Origin: Dehalococcoidia bacterium
Lineage (GTDB): Bacteria > Chloroflexota > Dehalococcoidia > DSTF01 > JACRBR01
Length of the DNA: 46,337 nucleotides
Assembly: GCA_041494685.1 (NCBI GenBank)
Contig: JBGQBE010000023.1
Span: 1 to 46,337 of the forward strand
Direction: 5' to 3'
Under the pieces are notes generated by a model, which saw only the letters and a list, made by a program, of their open reading frames with translations, was not told the origin of the DNA and did not search any database. Positions 27,935 through 35,420 of this stretch are shown one piece after another. How positions within the stretch are numbered: the first letter of the stretch is position 1; each line of letters begins with the position of its first letter. A program made the position numbers and the translations under genes.

Positions 27935-28708
27935 GTGACGAACAGCACGACCGCGGAACCTAACCTCGCCGGGTACGAGCCGACGGGCCGTCCGATCTGG
28001 CTCGAAGCGCTGTTCCCGCTCGACTGGATCGCCCTCCACGCGTCGCCCGTCTACTACGGCTTCGGCGTCCCGCACGGGCACGGTCAGCCGGTGGTACTGG
28101 TCCCCGGATTCATGGGCGACGACCGCTACCTCACCGAGATGCACCTCTGGCTCCGCCGCATCGGCTACAAGCCGTACTTCTCCGGCATCGGCCGCAACGT
28201 AGACTGCCCGGAGCTGCTGACCCAACGCCTGCTGATGACCATCGAGCAGGCATACACGGAGACACATACGGAAGTGACGATCGTCGGCCACAGCCTGGGC
28301 GGCATGCTCGCGCGCGCCGCGGCGCACCGGGTGCCGGAGAAGGTTCGGCAGGTGATCACGATGGGGTCGCCGTTCCGTAGCGTGCGGGCGCACCCGCTGG
28401 TGTTGAGCGCCGCCAACTTCGTGCGCTCGAACATCGTGCGGGAGCGGCGGCACCGCAAGGAAGTGGCGACCAACTGCTTCACGCCGCAGTGCAACTGCGT
28501 CTTCGTCAGCACGATCCGCGACCAGGAGCCTGCCGACGACTTCAAGCGCAACGCCATCTACTCGCGCGTCGATGGCGTCGTGGACTGGCGCTCCTGCGTG
28601 GAAGAAGACGCATCGCTGAACCGCGAGGTGACCGCGACGCACATCGGCATGGCGTTCAACCCGGACGTCTACCGCACGGTCGCGAATCTGCTGGCCGGAG
28701 TCGCGTAG
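27935..28708 (+). CDS. Alpha/beta hydrolase (lipase/esterase)
   Basis: VVLVPGF oxyanion motif, GHSLGG nucleophile, YSRVDGVV, THIGM. Confidence 0.88.
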   Translation: MTNSTTAEPNLAGYEPTGRPIWLEALFPLDWIALHASPVYYGFGVPHGHGQPVVLVPGFMGDDRYLTEMHLWLRRIGYKPYFSGIGRNVDCPELLTQRLLMTIEQAYTETHTEVTIVGHSLGGMLARAAAHRVPEKVRQVITMGSPFRSVRAHPLVLSAANFVRSNIVRERRHRKEVATNCFTPQCNCVFVSTIRDQEPADDFKRNAIYSRVDGVVDWRSCVEEDASLNREVTATHIGMAFNPDVYRTVANLLAGVA

Positions 28709-28743
28709 CTCCGGGTGCGTCGGGTGACAGGGACGGGAGACAG

Positions 28744-28777
28744 AAAAGGGGCGACCGCTGTAGCGGTCGCCCCTTTT
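28744..28777. terminator. Bidirectional intrinsic terminator
   Basis: AAAAGGGGCGACCGCT-GT-AGCGGTCGCCCCTTTT perfect inverted repeat between convergent genes. Confidence 0.85.
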
Positions 28778-28800
28778 GGCGGGCGCTTCCTGCCGGGGAT

Positions 28801-29277
28801 CTACTCCGTCGCGCCGTTCGTCGCCGGGGCGGTGGCGGTCGCGGCGCCGCCGCCCGTCACACGGGTGACGCCGGTGCGGACGCGCTCGGCGGTGGTGCTG
28901 GCGACGTCGCGGGCCGCTTCGACGGCGGCCTCGCCGGCGGCGCGCTGCGCCTTGACGACCTTCTCGATGACGTCGCGGCCCTCGTTGCGGGACTCGGACA
29001 GCTCGTCGAACATCTGGCGCGCCAACTCCAGGGCGCGGCCCTGGGCCTGCGTGGCGGACTCCATCAGCGCGCGGTAGAAGCCGCCGATGTCGGTCGGGTC
29101 GTCGGCGAACTTGCGGCCCAGCTCGACGGACTCGCGCTGGCCCTTCTGCGCCTCAGCGAGCAGGTTGTTGGAGACGCGAAAGCCGCGCTCGTTGCCGGCC
29201 TTGACGGCCTCGATGATGGCGTCGTAGCTCTCCGTGAGCGCCTCGAAGTACTTGTCGACTGCGGTGTTCCTGGCCAT
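28801..29277 (-). CDS. Phasin-like helical protein (putative granule-associated)
   Basis: 158 aa, Ala/Glu-rich amphipathic helical pattern with Ala/Thr tail; AAGGAG RBS; divergent from phaQ. Function from context only. Confidence 0.55.
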   Translation of the reverse strand: MARNTAVDKYFEALTESYDAIIEAVKAGNERGFRVSNNLLAEAQKGQRESVELGRKFADDPTDIGGFYRALMESATQAQGRALELARQMFDELSESRNEGRDVIEKVVKAQRAAGEAAVEAARDVASTTAERVRTGVTRVTGGGAATATAPATNGATE

Positions 29278-29334
29278 GTGTTGCTCCTTCCGGTGAAATT
29301 CGTGTCTGGGGGGCTTGCGCCGCCCTGTCGATAT

Positions 29335-29368
29335 GTGTAAAGTACACCTAGTGGCAGAGTGCTGTCAA
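29335..29368 (-). promoter_or_regulatory. Promoter of phasin-like gene with candidate PhaQ operator
   Basis: Minus strand TTGACA-N18-TACTTT; palindrome GTGTA-AAG-TACAC (29335-29347) overlaps the -10. Confidence 0.6.
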
Positions 29369-29474
29369 GTGCGAAATCACAGAACCTGCGGCGAACATTC
29401 GTAAATCGACATAACGCAAGAGGAACAGGCACCGCCGCATGGCGGAATATTCAGGCTGAAAAGGACGTGGTAGC

Positions 29475-29882
29475 ATGGCACCGAAGGGCAAGGCCGAGGA
29501 ACCGCAGGACACGCCGTTCCGGATGCACGGCGACCTGCTGACGACGACGCTGCTGGCCTTCCTGCGCAATTGGAACGCCTACGGCTACCAGCTTTCGCAG
29601 CAGCTGGCGGAGGCCGGGCTGCCGGCCTTCGATTCGGGCACGGTGTATCGCACGCTGCGGCAGCTGGAGCGGACGGGCCTGGTCTCGTCGTTCTGGGACA
29701 CCTCGGAGTCCGGGCCGGCGCGGCGGATGTACTCGCTGACGAAGGCGGGCGACCTCTTTCTTTCAAGCTGGATCGACGTCCTGGGGCGCTACCAGGCGGT
29801 GCTGCAGAAGCCGATCCAGGGCATGGACCGCACCGTCGCTACGGGCGACGCCGAAACAGAAGAGCAGGCAGCGGGCGGCTGA
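29475..29882 (+). CDS. phaQ: PadR-family poly-hydroxybutyrate-responsive repressor
   Basis: LRNWNAYGYQL..VYRTLRQLE..SFWDTSESGPARRMYSLT.AG closely resembles Bacillus PhaQ as recalled; next to phaC. Confidence 0.8.
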   Translation: MAPKGKAEEPQDTPFRMHGDLLTTTLLAFLRNWNAYGYQLSQQLAEAGLPAFDSGTVYRTLRQLERTGLVSSFWDTSESGPARRMYSLTKAGDLFLSSWIDVLGRYQAVLQKPIQGMDRTVATGDAETEEQAAGG

Positions 29883-29936
29883 GCCCGCGGGCGAGACGGA
29901 TCGCCCGGCATGGATAGCCTCGAAGGAGCGAACGAC

Positions 29937-30323
29937 ATGGCAGACAACACGGCACAGGGCAACCCCCTCGACACGTTCCGCCAGTTCATCACGGACTCGG
30001 AGCGGCAGTGGAACGGCTTCTTCAAAGAGGTGCTCGGCACCGACGGCGCATCGAGCGCGATGAACGCGTTCGTAGAGGCGTCGCTAACGGTGCAGCGCAT
30101 GGTCGCCGACAACCTGGAGCGCTACTACCAGACGTTCAACATCCCCACGCACAACGACCTGGTCGCCCTCGGCGAGCGCATGAAGGCGATCGAGGAGACG
30201 CTCGCGCGCGTCGAGCAGGCGTTGGCGACGCTGGCGCCGGAAGCGACGAAGCGCGCCGCGACGCGGCCGAAGCCGGCCCGCACGCGCCGCCCGGCCGTCG
30301 CGGCGATGAAGAGCGCCAGCTAA
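29937..30323 (+). CDS. PHA synthase small subunit (PhaR/PhaE-like)
   Basis: FNIPTHNDLVALGERMKAIEETLARVE coiled-coil motif of PhaE/PhaR C-termini; only 128 aa; AAGGAG RBS. Confidence 0.7.
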   Translation: MADNTAQGNPLDTFRQFITDSERQWNGFFKEVLGTDGASSAMNAFVEASLTVQRMVADNLERYYQTFNIPTHNDLVALGERMKAIEETLARVEQALATLAPEATKRAATRPKPARTRRPAVAAMKSAS

Positions 30324-30346
30324 CTCCGCCCCGGCCGCGCCGGTCA

Positions 30347-30417
30347 CAGCCCCCGCGAGCGGTTTCCGCTACGTGGGGGCTGCACCTATTCAACTCCGGT
30401 CGCCGTAGTGCCATACT
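30347..30417 (+). promoter_or_regulatory. Hairpin followed by candidate internal phaC promoter
   Basis: CAGCCCCC..GGGGGCTG hairpin 30347-30382; TTCAAC-N17-CATACT with extended TG at 30389-30417. Confidence 0.4.
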
Positions 30418-30486
30418 GGGCGCTACAAGGATGTCCGCACGCGCATCGCGGCGCACACGCCCGCGCCGGCGGGGTGGAGGGTTGCC

Positions 30487-31572
30487 ATGACGACCGAGAC
30501 CGCCACCGACTCCCCGAACATCGGCGACATCGTCCAGAAGGAGATCGAGCGCACGATCGAGCGATCGCGCCGCGGTATCGATGTGCTGCTCAACCGCGAC
30601 GAGCCGGAGGTGGCGCAGACGCCGAAAGACGTGCTCTACACGCGCGGCACGATGAAGCTCTACCACTACCTGCCGCAGGCGGACGAGGTGTACCGCGTGC
30701 CCGTCGTGCTGGTGATGTCGCTGATCAGCAAGCCGTACATCCTGGACCTGACGCCGGGCGTGAGCTTCGTCGAGTTCCTGCTGAAGCAGGGGTTCGACGT
30801 GTTCATGATCGACTGGGGCGTGCCCCGGCCGGAAGACACCCGCCTGAAGCTCGAAGACTACACGCTCGACCTGCTCCCGTCGTGCATCGAGCAGGTCCAG
30901 CGGGCGACGGGCGAGACCGACGTATCGTTGATCGGCTACTGCATGGGCGGACTGCTCGCGCTGATCTACGGCGGCCTGACTGCGGACGCGCCGATGAAGA
31001 ACCTGGCATGCATCGCCACGCCGGTGAACTACGAGGGCATGGGGCTGTTCAAGCAGTGGACCGACCGCCGCTGGTTCGACGTGGACCGCGTCGTCGATTC
31101 GCTTGGCAACATCCCGCCGGAGATGATGTACCGCTCGTTCGAGCTGCTGCGGCCGGCGGACCGCCTGGTCGCGTACGTGCGGTTGTGGGACAACCTCTGG
31201 AACGACCAGTACGTCAAGCATTACCGGCTGTTCAACAAGTGGACCAGCGATCAGATCCCGTTTCCCGGTGAGTGCTTCCGCCAGACGACGAAGGAGCTGA
31301 TGTGGGAGAACAAGCTGATCAAAGGTGAGCTGGAGATCGGAGGCCGGCTCGTCGACCTCAAGCGGGTGACGTGCCCGGTGCTGAACACGATGGCCCAGCA
31401 CGACCACATCGCGCCGTACGAGGCCACGCACGAGCTGACGGCGCTGGTAGGGAGCGAAGATACGGAGGACGTAGTGCTGAAGGGCGGACACGTGAGCCTG
31501 GTGGCGGGCATGAACGCCGTGATGCGGCTCTGGCCGAAAGTGAACGAGTGGCTTTCGGTGAGGTCGGTATGA
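30487..31572 (+). CDS. phaC: Class III/IV polyhydroxyalkanoate synthase catalytic subunit
   Basis: QTPK, LISKPYILDL.PG.S, IDWG.P, GYCMGG (catalytic Cys), HDHI (Asp), GGHVSL (His); 361 aa. Confidence 0.92.
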   Translation: MTTETATDSPNIGDIVQKEIERTIERSRRGIDVLLNRDEPEVAQTPKDVLYTRGTMKLYHYLPQADEVYRVPVVLVMSLISKPYILDLTPGVSFVEFLLKQGFDVFMIDWGVPRPEDTRLKLEDYTLDLLPSCIEQVQRATGETDVSLIGYCMGGLLALIYGGLTADAPMKNLACIATPVNYEGMGLFKQWTDRRWFDVDRVVDSLGNIPPEMMYRSFELLRPADRLVAYVRLWDNLWNDQYVKHYRLFNKWTSDQIPFPGECFRQTTKELMWENKLIKGELEIGGRLVDLKRVTCPVLNTMAQHDHIAPYEATHELTALVGSEDTEDVVLKGGHVSLVAGMNAVMRLWPKVNEWLSVRSV

Positions 31573-32171
31573 CGACGCAGGCTCTCACGCTGCCGCGCCA
31601 GCTCAAGCTCTCGGACGGCACGCAGATCACGCTGCGCCTGCTGAACCGCCTCGACCGCGAGAAGTTCCTCGCGTTCACCACGTCGCTGTCGGATCACGAC
31701 TTGTTGTTCCTGCGCACCGACATCACCAACCCGGACGTGATCGACGGCTGGCTCGACAACGTCGACCTCGATCGCATCATCACGATCATCGCGGAGCGCG
31801 ACGGCAGGATCTGGGGCTACGGCAGCCTGCATATGAGCAACGCGCCGTGGTCGCACCACGTCGGCGAGCTGCGCGTGCTAATCAGCGGCGAGATGCGCGG
31901 CAAAGGCCTCGGCCGCGCGCTGACGGAGTCGGTGTTCGCCCAGGCGCTGGACCGCGGCATCGAGAAGATGGTCGCGCAGATGACCGTCGACCAGCGGGGC
32001 GCGATCGCCACGTTCGAAGAACTGGGCTTCCGCGCCGAGGCGATGCTCGTCGACCACGTGAAGGACCGGCAGGGGAAGAAGCACGACCTGCTCGTGTACT
32101 CGCACGACGTGGCCGGCTTCAGCGCCCGGCTCGACGCCTACGGCGTCGGCGACGCGGCCGGGGCGGACTAA
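31569..32171 (+). CDS. GNAT family N-acetyltransferase (paralog 2), coupled to phaC
   Basis: ATGA overlap with the phaC stop; MRGKGLG; clearly homologous to the 23437 GNAT. Confidence 0.85.
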   Translation: MTTQALTLPRQLKLSDGTQITLRLLNRLDREKFLAFTTSLSDHDLLFLRTDITNPDVIDGWLDNVDLDRIITIIAERDGRIWGYGSLHMSNAPWSHHVGELRVLISGEMRGKGLGRALTESVFAQALDRGIEKMVAQMTVDQRGAIATFEELGFRAEAMLVDHVKDRQGKKHDLLVYSHDVAGFSARLDAYGVGDAAGAD

Positions 32172-32239
32172 CCAGGCCTCGGCGGCGATCCGGTCGCTTG
32201 CCGGAATCGTCGCGGCAGGCCAAGTCGTACGAGGCGATC

Positions 32240-32926
32240 ATGCGCGCGCTAGTCTTGCTGCTTCTTCTCATCCTGCCGCTTGGCGCCTGCCGCGGTGACC
32301 GCGTGGAGCGTGCACCACCGACACCCGCGGTCTCGCCGGCGAGCACTCGCATTCCCGGCTCGATCGAGCTTTTCGACCTCAACACGCTTCAGCGCGTCTA
32401 CAGCGTAGGCGGCTCGGGCAGGATCCCGCTGGGGCTTGCGAACCGCCTGCTGATGCGTTCGGCCAACGCGCGTCTTGACAGCTCCGTAGAAGGGGCCGCG
32501 GCGCCGCCTTGGTTGGGGCTCTCAATGATCTTCACCGCTCCCCTTCCTGCGATGATGTTCGACCACGGTCGAACGTTCGTGGCATACGAGTGGTGGTTCT
32601 CCTCCACCGATCCGTCGGACGACGCAGCAAAGACCGACCTGCAGCCGCAATTCAAAGCCGCGCTCCGCTTCGCCGATGAGAGTTGGGTGATGTACATCGA
32701 CGCAGGGTCGGGTTGGCAGCGACTCCCCGGCGCGACGTTCGCGTTCGGCGAGTATGAGCTGAGCGCGCGGTTGCCGCTAGATCCGTCGTGGAGCATCGCG
32801 CCGCCGCGCTCGGCGTACTTCCGCGCCGTCACGCGCGACGACGGGTTCCTGGCGAATGCGAATGCGGAAGGCCTTGGAGACGTGTATCCGGACGACCTGT
32901 CTTGGCGCAAAGTGTTCGAGTATTAG
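32240..32926 (+). CDS. Hypothetical lipoprotein
   Basis: MRALVLLLLLILPLGAC lipobox after GAGG; somewhat atypical codon usage. Confidence 0.6.
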   Translation: MRALVLLLLLILPLGACRGDRVERAPPTPAVSPASTRIPGSIELFDLNTLQRVYSVGGSGRIPLGLANRLLMRSANARLDSSVEGAAAPPWLGLSMIFTAPLPAMMFDHGRTFVAYEWWFSSTDPSDDAAKTDLQPQFKAALRFADESWVMYIDAGSGWQRLPGATFAFGEYELSARLPLDPSWSIAPPRSAYFRAVTRDDGFLANANAEGLGDVYPDDLSWRKVFEY

Positions 32927-32939
32927 CGCAGCCGCGTCG

Positions 32940-33437
32940 TCAGGCGCTCTCGTGCCGCGCCTCTTCCGCGGCGCGGTTCAGGTCCCCCAGCGCGGCCTCC
33001 AGGCGGTGCAACTGGCCGTCATCCAGATGCCTGAGGATGTTCATGACGTACGTGCCGGCGATGCGTCGCAGCGTGCCGACGCACACCACGCCTTCGTCGG
33101 TCAGATAGTTGCGCACGATCCGGCGGTCGATCGGATCCTCCTCGCGCCGCACGAGGTCCTGCTTTACGAGGCGATCGACGTGTCCGGTGATCGTCGACGG
33201 GTTGACGCCGAGCTGCTCGGCCAGCGTGCCGACGGGCAGACCGTCCTGGTCGCGCAGCGCCCAGAGCAAGCGCATCTGCGGGATCGTCAGCCCGTCTTCC
33301 GACCAGCCCTGGATGCGCAGTGTGTCGATGATGCCGACGGCGTCGCCGTACGCGCCGGCGATGCGGCGCAGCAACTCCAGGCGCGCCGGATCGAGCGTGT
33401 CAGCGTCGTGCGACTGGAGGAGGTTCTGCGAGACCAT
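32940..33437 (-). CDS. MarR family transcriptional regulator
   Basis: LTIPQ..LL, LAEQLGVNPSTITGHVDRLVKQDLVRR..DP.DRR..LTDEG. Confidence 0.92.
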   Translation of the reverse strand: MVSQNLLQSHDADTLDPARLELLRRIAGAYGDAVGIIDTLRIQGWSEDGLTIPQMRLLWALRDQDGLPVGTLAEQLGVNPSTITGHVDRLVKQDLVRREEDPIDRRIVRNYLTDEGVVCVGTLRRIAGTYVMNILRHLDDGQLHRLEAALGDLNRAAEEARHESA

Positions 33438-33462
33438 AGCGATGCTTTCCCGGCCGAAAACA

Positions 33463-33498
33463 TTTGCCCTTTACAAAAGGAATCCCGGCAAGTATAGT
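33463..33498 (+). promoter_or_regulatory. Sigma70-type promoter of the ferritin-like operon with possible MarR site
   Basis: TTTACA (33470-33475)-N17-TATAGT (33493-33498); TTTG-N7-CAAA overlaps the -35. Confidence 0.6.
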
Positions 33499-33552
33499 CG
33501 ATTCACATCCGGTGGTTCAACAGCCGCGGCTTGCGGTACGGAGGGTGCCCGT

Positions 33553-34368
33553 ATGAACAGGTTCGCAGAGAGAGTGCGCGAAACGCCATCCGTGCGTGAG
33601 CCGGCGTATCGCCCCGTGATGTACCTCAGCGACGACGAGAAGGCGCAGCTCGAGGCGAAGATCGGCAACGCCGATATCTACGCCGACCTGACGACGATGC
33701 GCGAACTCGTCAAGCAGCAGCCCGAGAACCTGGAGTTCCGCAAGGCGCTGGTCAGCGGTATCGCCAGCGCGGAGTTCGCCGGCATCGACGCGTTCAGCCG
33801 CAAGGTCGTCGAGTGGCAAGAGTGGCCGGTGCCGCAGACGCTGATCACGGCGATGGCGCGGCAGACGTGGGACGAAGTCCGGCACGCGTGGCTCGCGATC
33901 GGGTTAATCGAGTCGTACGGCGGCGCGATCGGCGACTACCCGGACACGCTGGCCGGCGGCGCGCCGCCGAGCGTGGCGCCGCAGGGTCCGCTGACGCAGG
34001 GCTTCGGCTCCGGCGCCGCTGAGGCGTTGATGCGTGAGCCGGTCGTCAGCCTCTCGATGACGAACGTATCGCTGGAGGGGCAGGCACTGACGCTCTTCCA
34101 GGAGACGTCGGCCGTCGGCGAGAAGATCGGCGACCACCTGATGGCGCACTGCTACGACTACAACTGGGCCGACGAGGTGACGCACACGGCGATCGGCGAC
34201 TACTTCGTGAAGCTGCTGACGGAAGACAACCCGGCGGAAGAGGCGAAGGCGCTGCGCGTGCACGCGATGGCGGAGGCGTTCCGCGCGCGGATGAGCGGAC
34301 AGCAGAGCGATGAGCTCAAGGAGTTCTTCGCCGAAGAGATGACGCGCGCCAGCGCCGCGCTCGGCTAG
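33553..34368 (+). CDS. Ferritin-like (DUF455-type) di-iron protein A
   Basis: SAEFAGID, RQTWDEVRH, YGGAIGDYP, SLEGQAL, WADEVTH give the full E/ExxH/E/ExxH ligand set; GGAGG RBS. Confidence 0.75.
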   Translation: MNRFAERVRETPSVREPAYRPVMYLSDDEKAQLEAKIGNADIYADLTTMRELVKQQPENLEFRKALVSGIASAEFAGIDAFSRKVVEWQEWPVPQTLITAMARQTWDEVRHAWLAIGLIESYGGAIGDYPDTLAGGAPPSVAPQGPLTQGFGSGAAEALMREPVVSLSMTNVSLEGQALTLFQETSAVGEKIGDHLMAHCYDYNWADEVTHTAIGDYFVKLLTEDNPAEEAKALRVHAMAEAFRARMSGQQSDELKEFFAEEMTRASAALG

Positions 34369-34419
34369 AGCGGCGCGTCCCGGCGGCCCGCGGTGTGCGG
34401 GCCGTAGAAGAGTGAGCGT

Positions 34420-34755
34420 ATGGCTGTTGTCCGCATCGAGCTTGCCGGGTGCATCAACTGCGGCTGGTGCCGGCGCGCCTGCCCGACCGAAACGATCAAG
34501 TACTTCGCCACGCACCACCGCACCCACGTCGTCGAGCCGGATGGCTGCATCGACTGTGGCATCTGCGCGAAGGTCTGCCCGGTGAACTGCATCGAGCCGG
34601 ACGCGGCGTACGTCGTCGCGCCGGCGCTGCTCGATGCCGCGCGGGCGAAGGCGAAGCAGTTCACCGCGAACCAGCGGCGCATGCAGCTCGACCGCGAAGT
34701 CGTCGCGCGGAACGCACTGGCGAAGCTGGCCGCCAGGAGTGCCGCCCATGCCTGA
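34420..34755 (+). CDS. 2x[4Fe-4S] ferredoxin with C-terminal helical extension
   Basis: CINCGWCRRACP and CIDCGICAKVCP. Confidence 0.9.
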   Translation: MAVVRIELAGCINCGWCRRACPTETIKYFATHHRTHVVEPDGCIDCGICAKVCPVNCIEPDAAYVVAPALLDAARAKAKQFTANQRRMQLDREVVARNALAKLAARSAAHA

Positions 34756-35365
34756 ACTCGCCGTTGACTTGAAGACCGTGGGCGGCGCGTTCAGCGTCGA
34801 CGAGAACGCCCGCCGCCTGATCCACTACAAGTTCGCGGAGCACGTCTGCATGACGACGGCCAGCGGCTGGGCGTCGTCGGCGCCGCTGATCAAGGTGAAG
34901 TTCGCGCTCGGACAGCACTGCTACGAGGACTCGATCCACGCGCTCTGGCTGGGCCAGCGGCTGCCTGAGCTGCGCGTCACCGAGGACATGGAGCTGACGC
35001 TGCCGCCGACCTTCCGCTGGTCGAACAAGGCGGAGCCGCCGAACGAGCAGTTCCTGAAGTTCGTCGAGGCGATGCAGCTCCAGGGCGACCAGCTCCTGCG
35101 CATCGTCGGGCTGTACCGGGTGCTGAAGACGCACCTGTGCGTCTACTACCGCCATCACGCGCTGGTGACGGATCAGATCTGCGACGCGCCGACCGTGCGC
35201 ATCCTGGACCACATCCTGCTGGAGGAAGAGCAGCACGTGAAGTGGGGCCAGGCGATCTACGAAGAGTTGGCCGACACGCCGGAGAAGCGGCGCGCGGCGC
35301 TCGAATGGCAGATGGAGCTGGAAGACCTGCTCGTCCGATCGGGCGGCGTCACCGGCGGCCGCTAA
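34748..35365 (+). CDS. Ferritin-like protein B (incomplete di-iron ligand set)
   Basis: FAEH, CYEDSIH..LGQRLPEL, LLEEEQH; third-helix Glu not evident; AGGAG RBS, overlaps the ferredoxin end. Confidence 0.65.
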   Translation: MPELAVDLKTVGGAFSVDENARRLIHYKFAEHVCMTTASGWASSAPLIKVKFALGQHCYEDSIHALWLGQRLPELRVTEDMELTLPPTFRWSNKAEPPNEQFLKFVEAMQLQGDQLLRIVGLYRVLKTHLCVYYRHHALVTDQICDAPTVRILDHILLEEEQHVKWGQAIYEELADTPEKRRAALEWQMELEDLLVRSGGVTGGR

Positions 35366-35420
35366 CGCAACTGACCCGAACGCGAAGACCACGGGACCAA
35401 GCGACAGGAGACCCCCAGTC

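Noticed and set aside
33553..35365. Ferritin-like pair as ribonucleotide reductase R2 or PaaA/PaaC orthologs
   Set aside because: Proteins are shorter and lack the family motifs; no nrdA or other paa genes nearby. Used only as an analogy.
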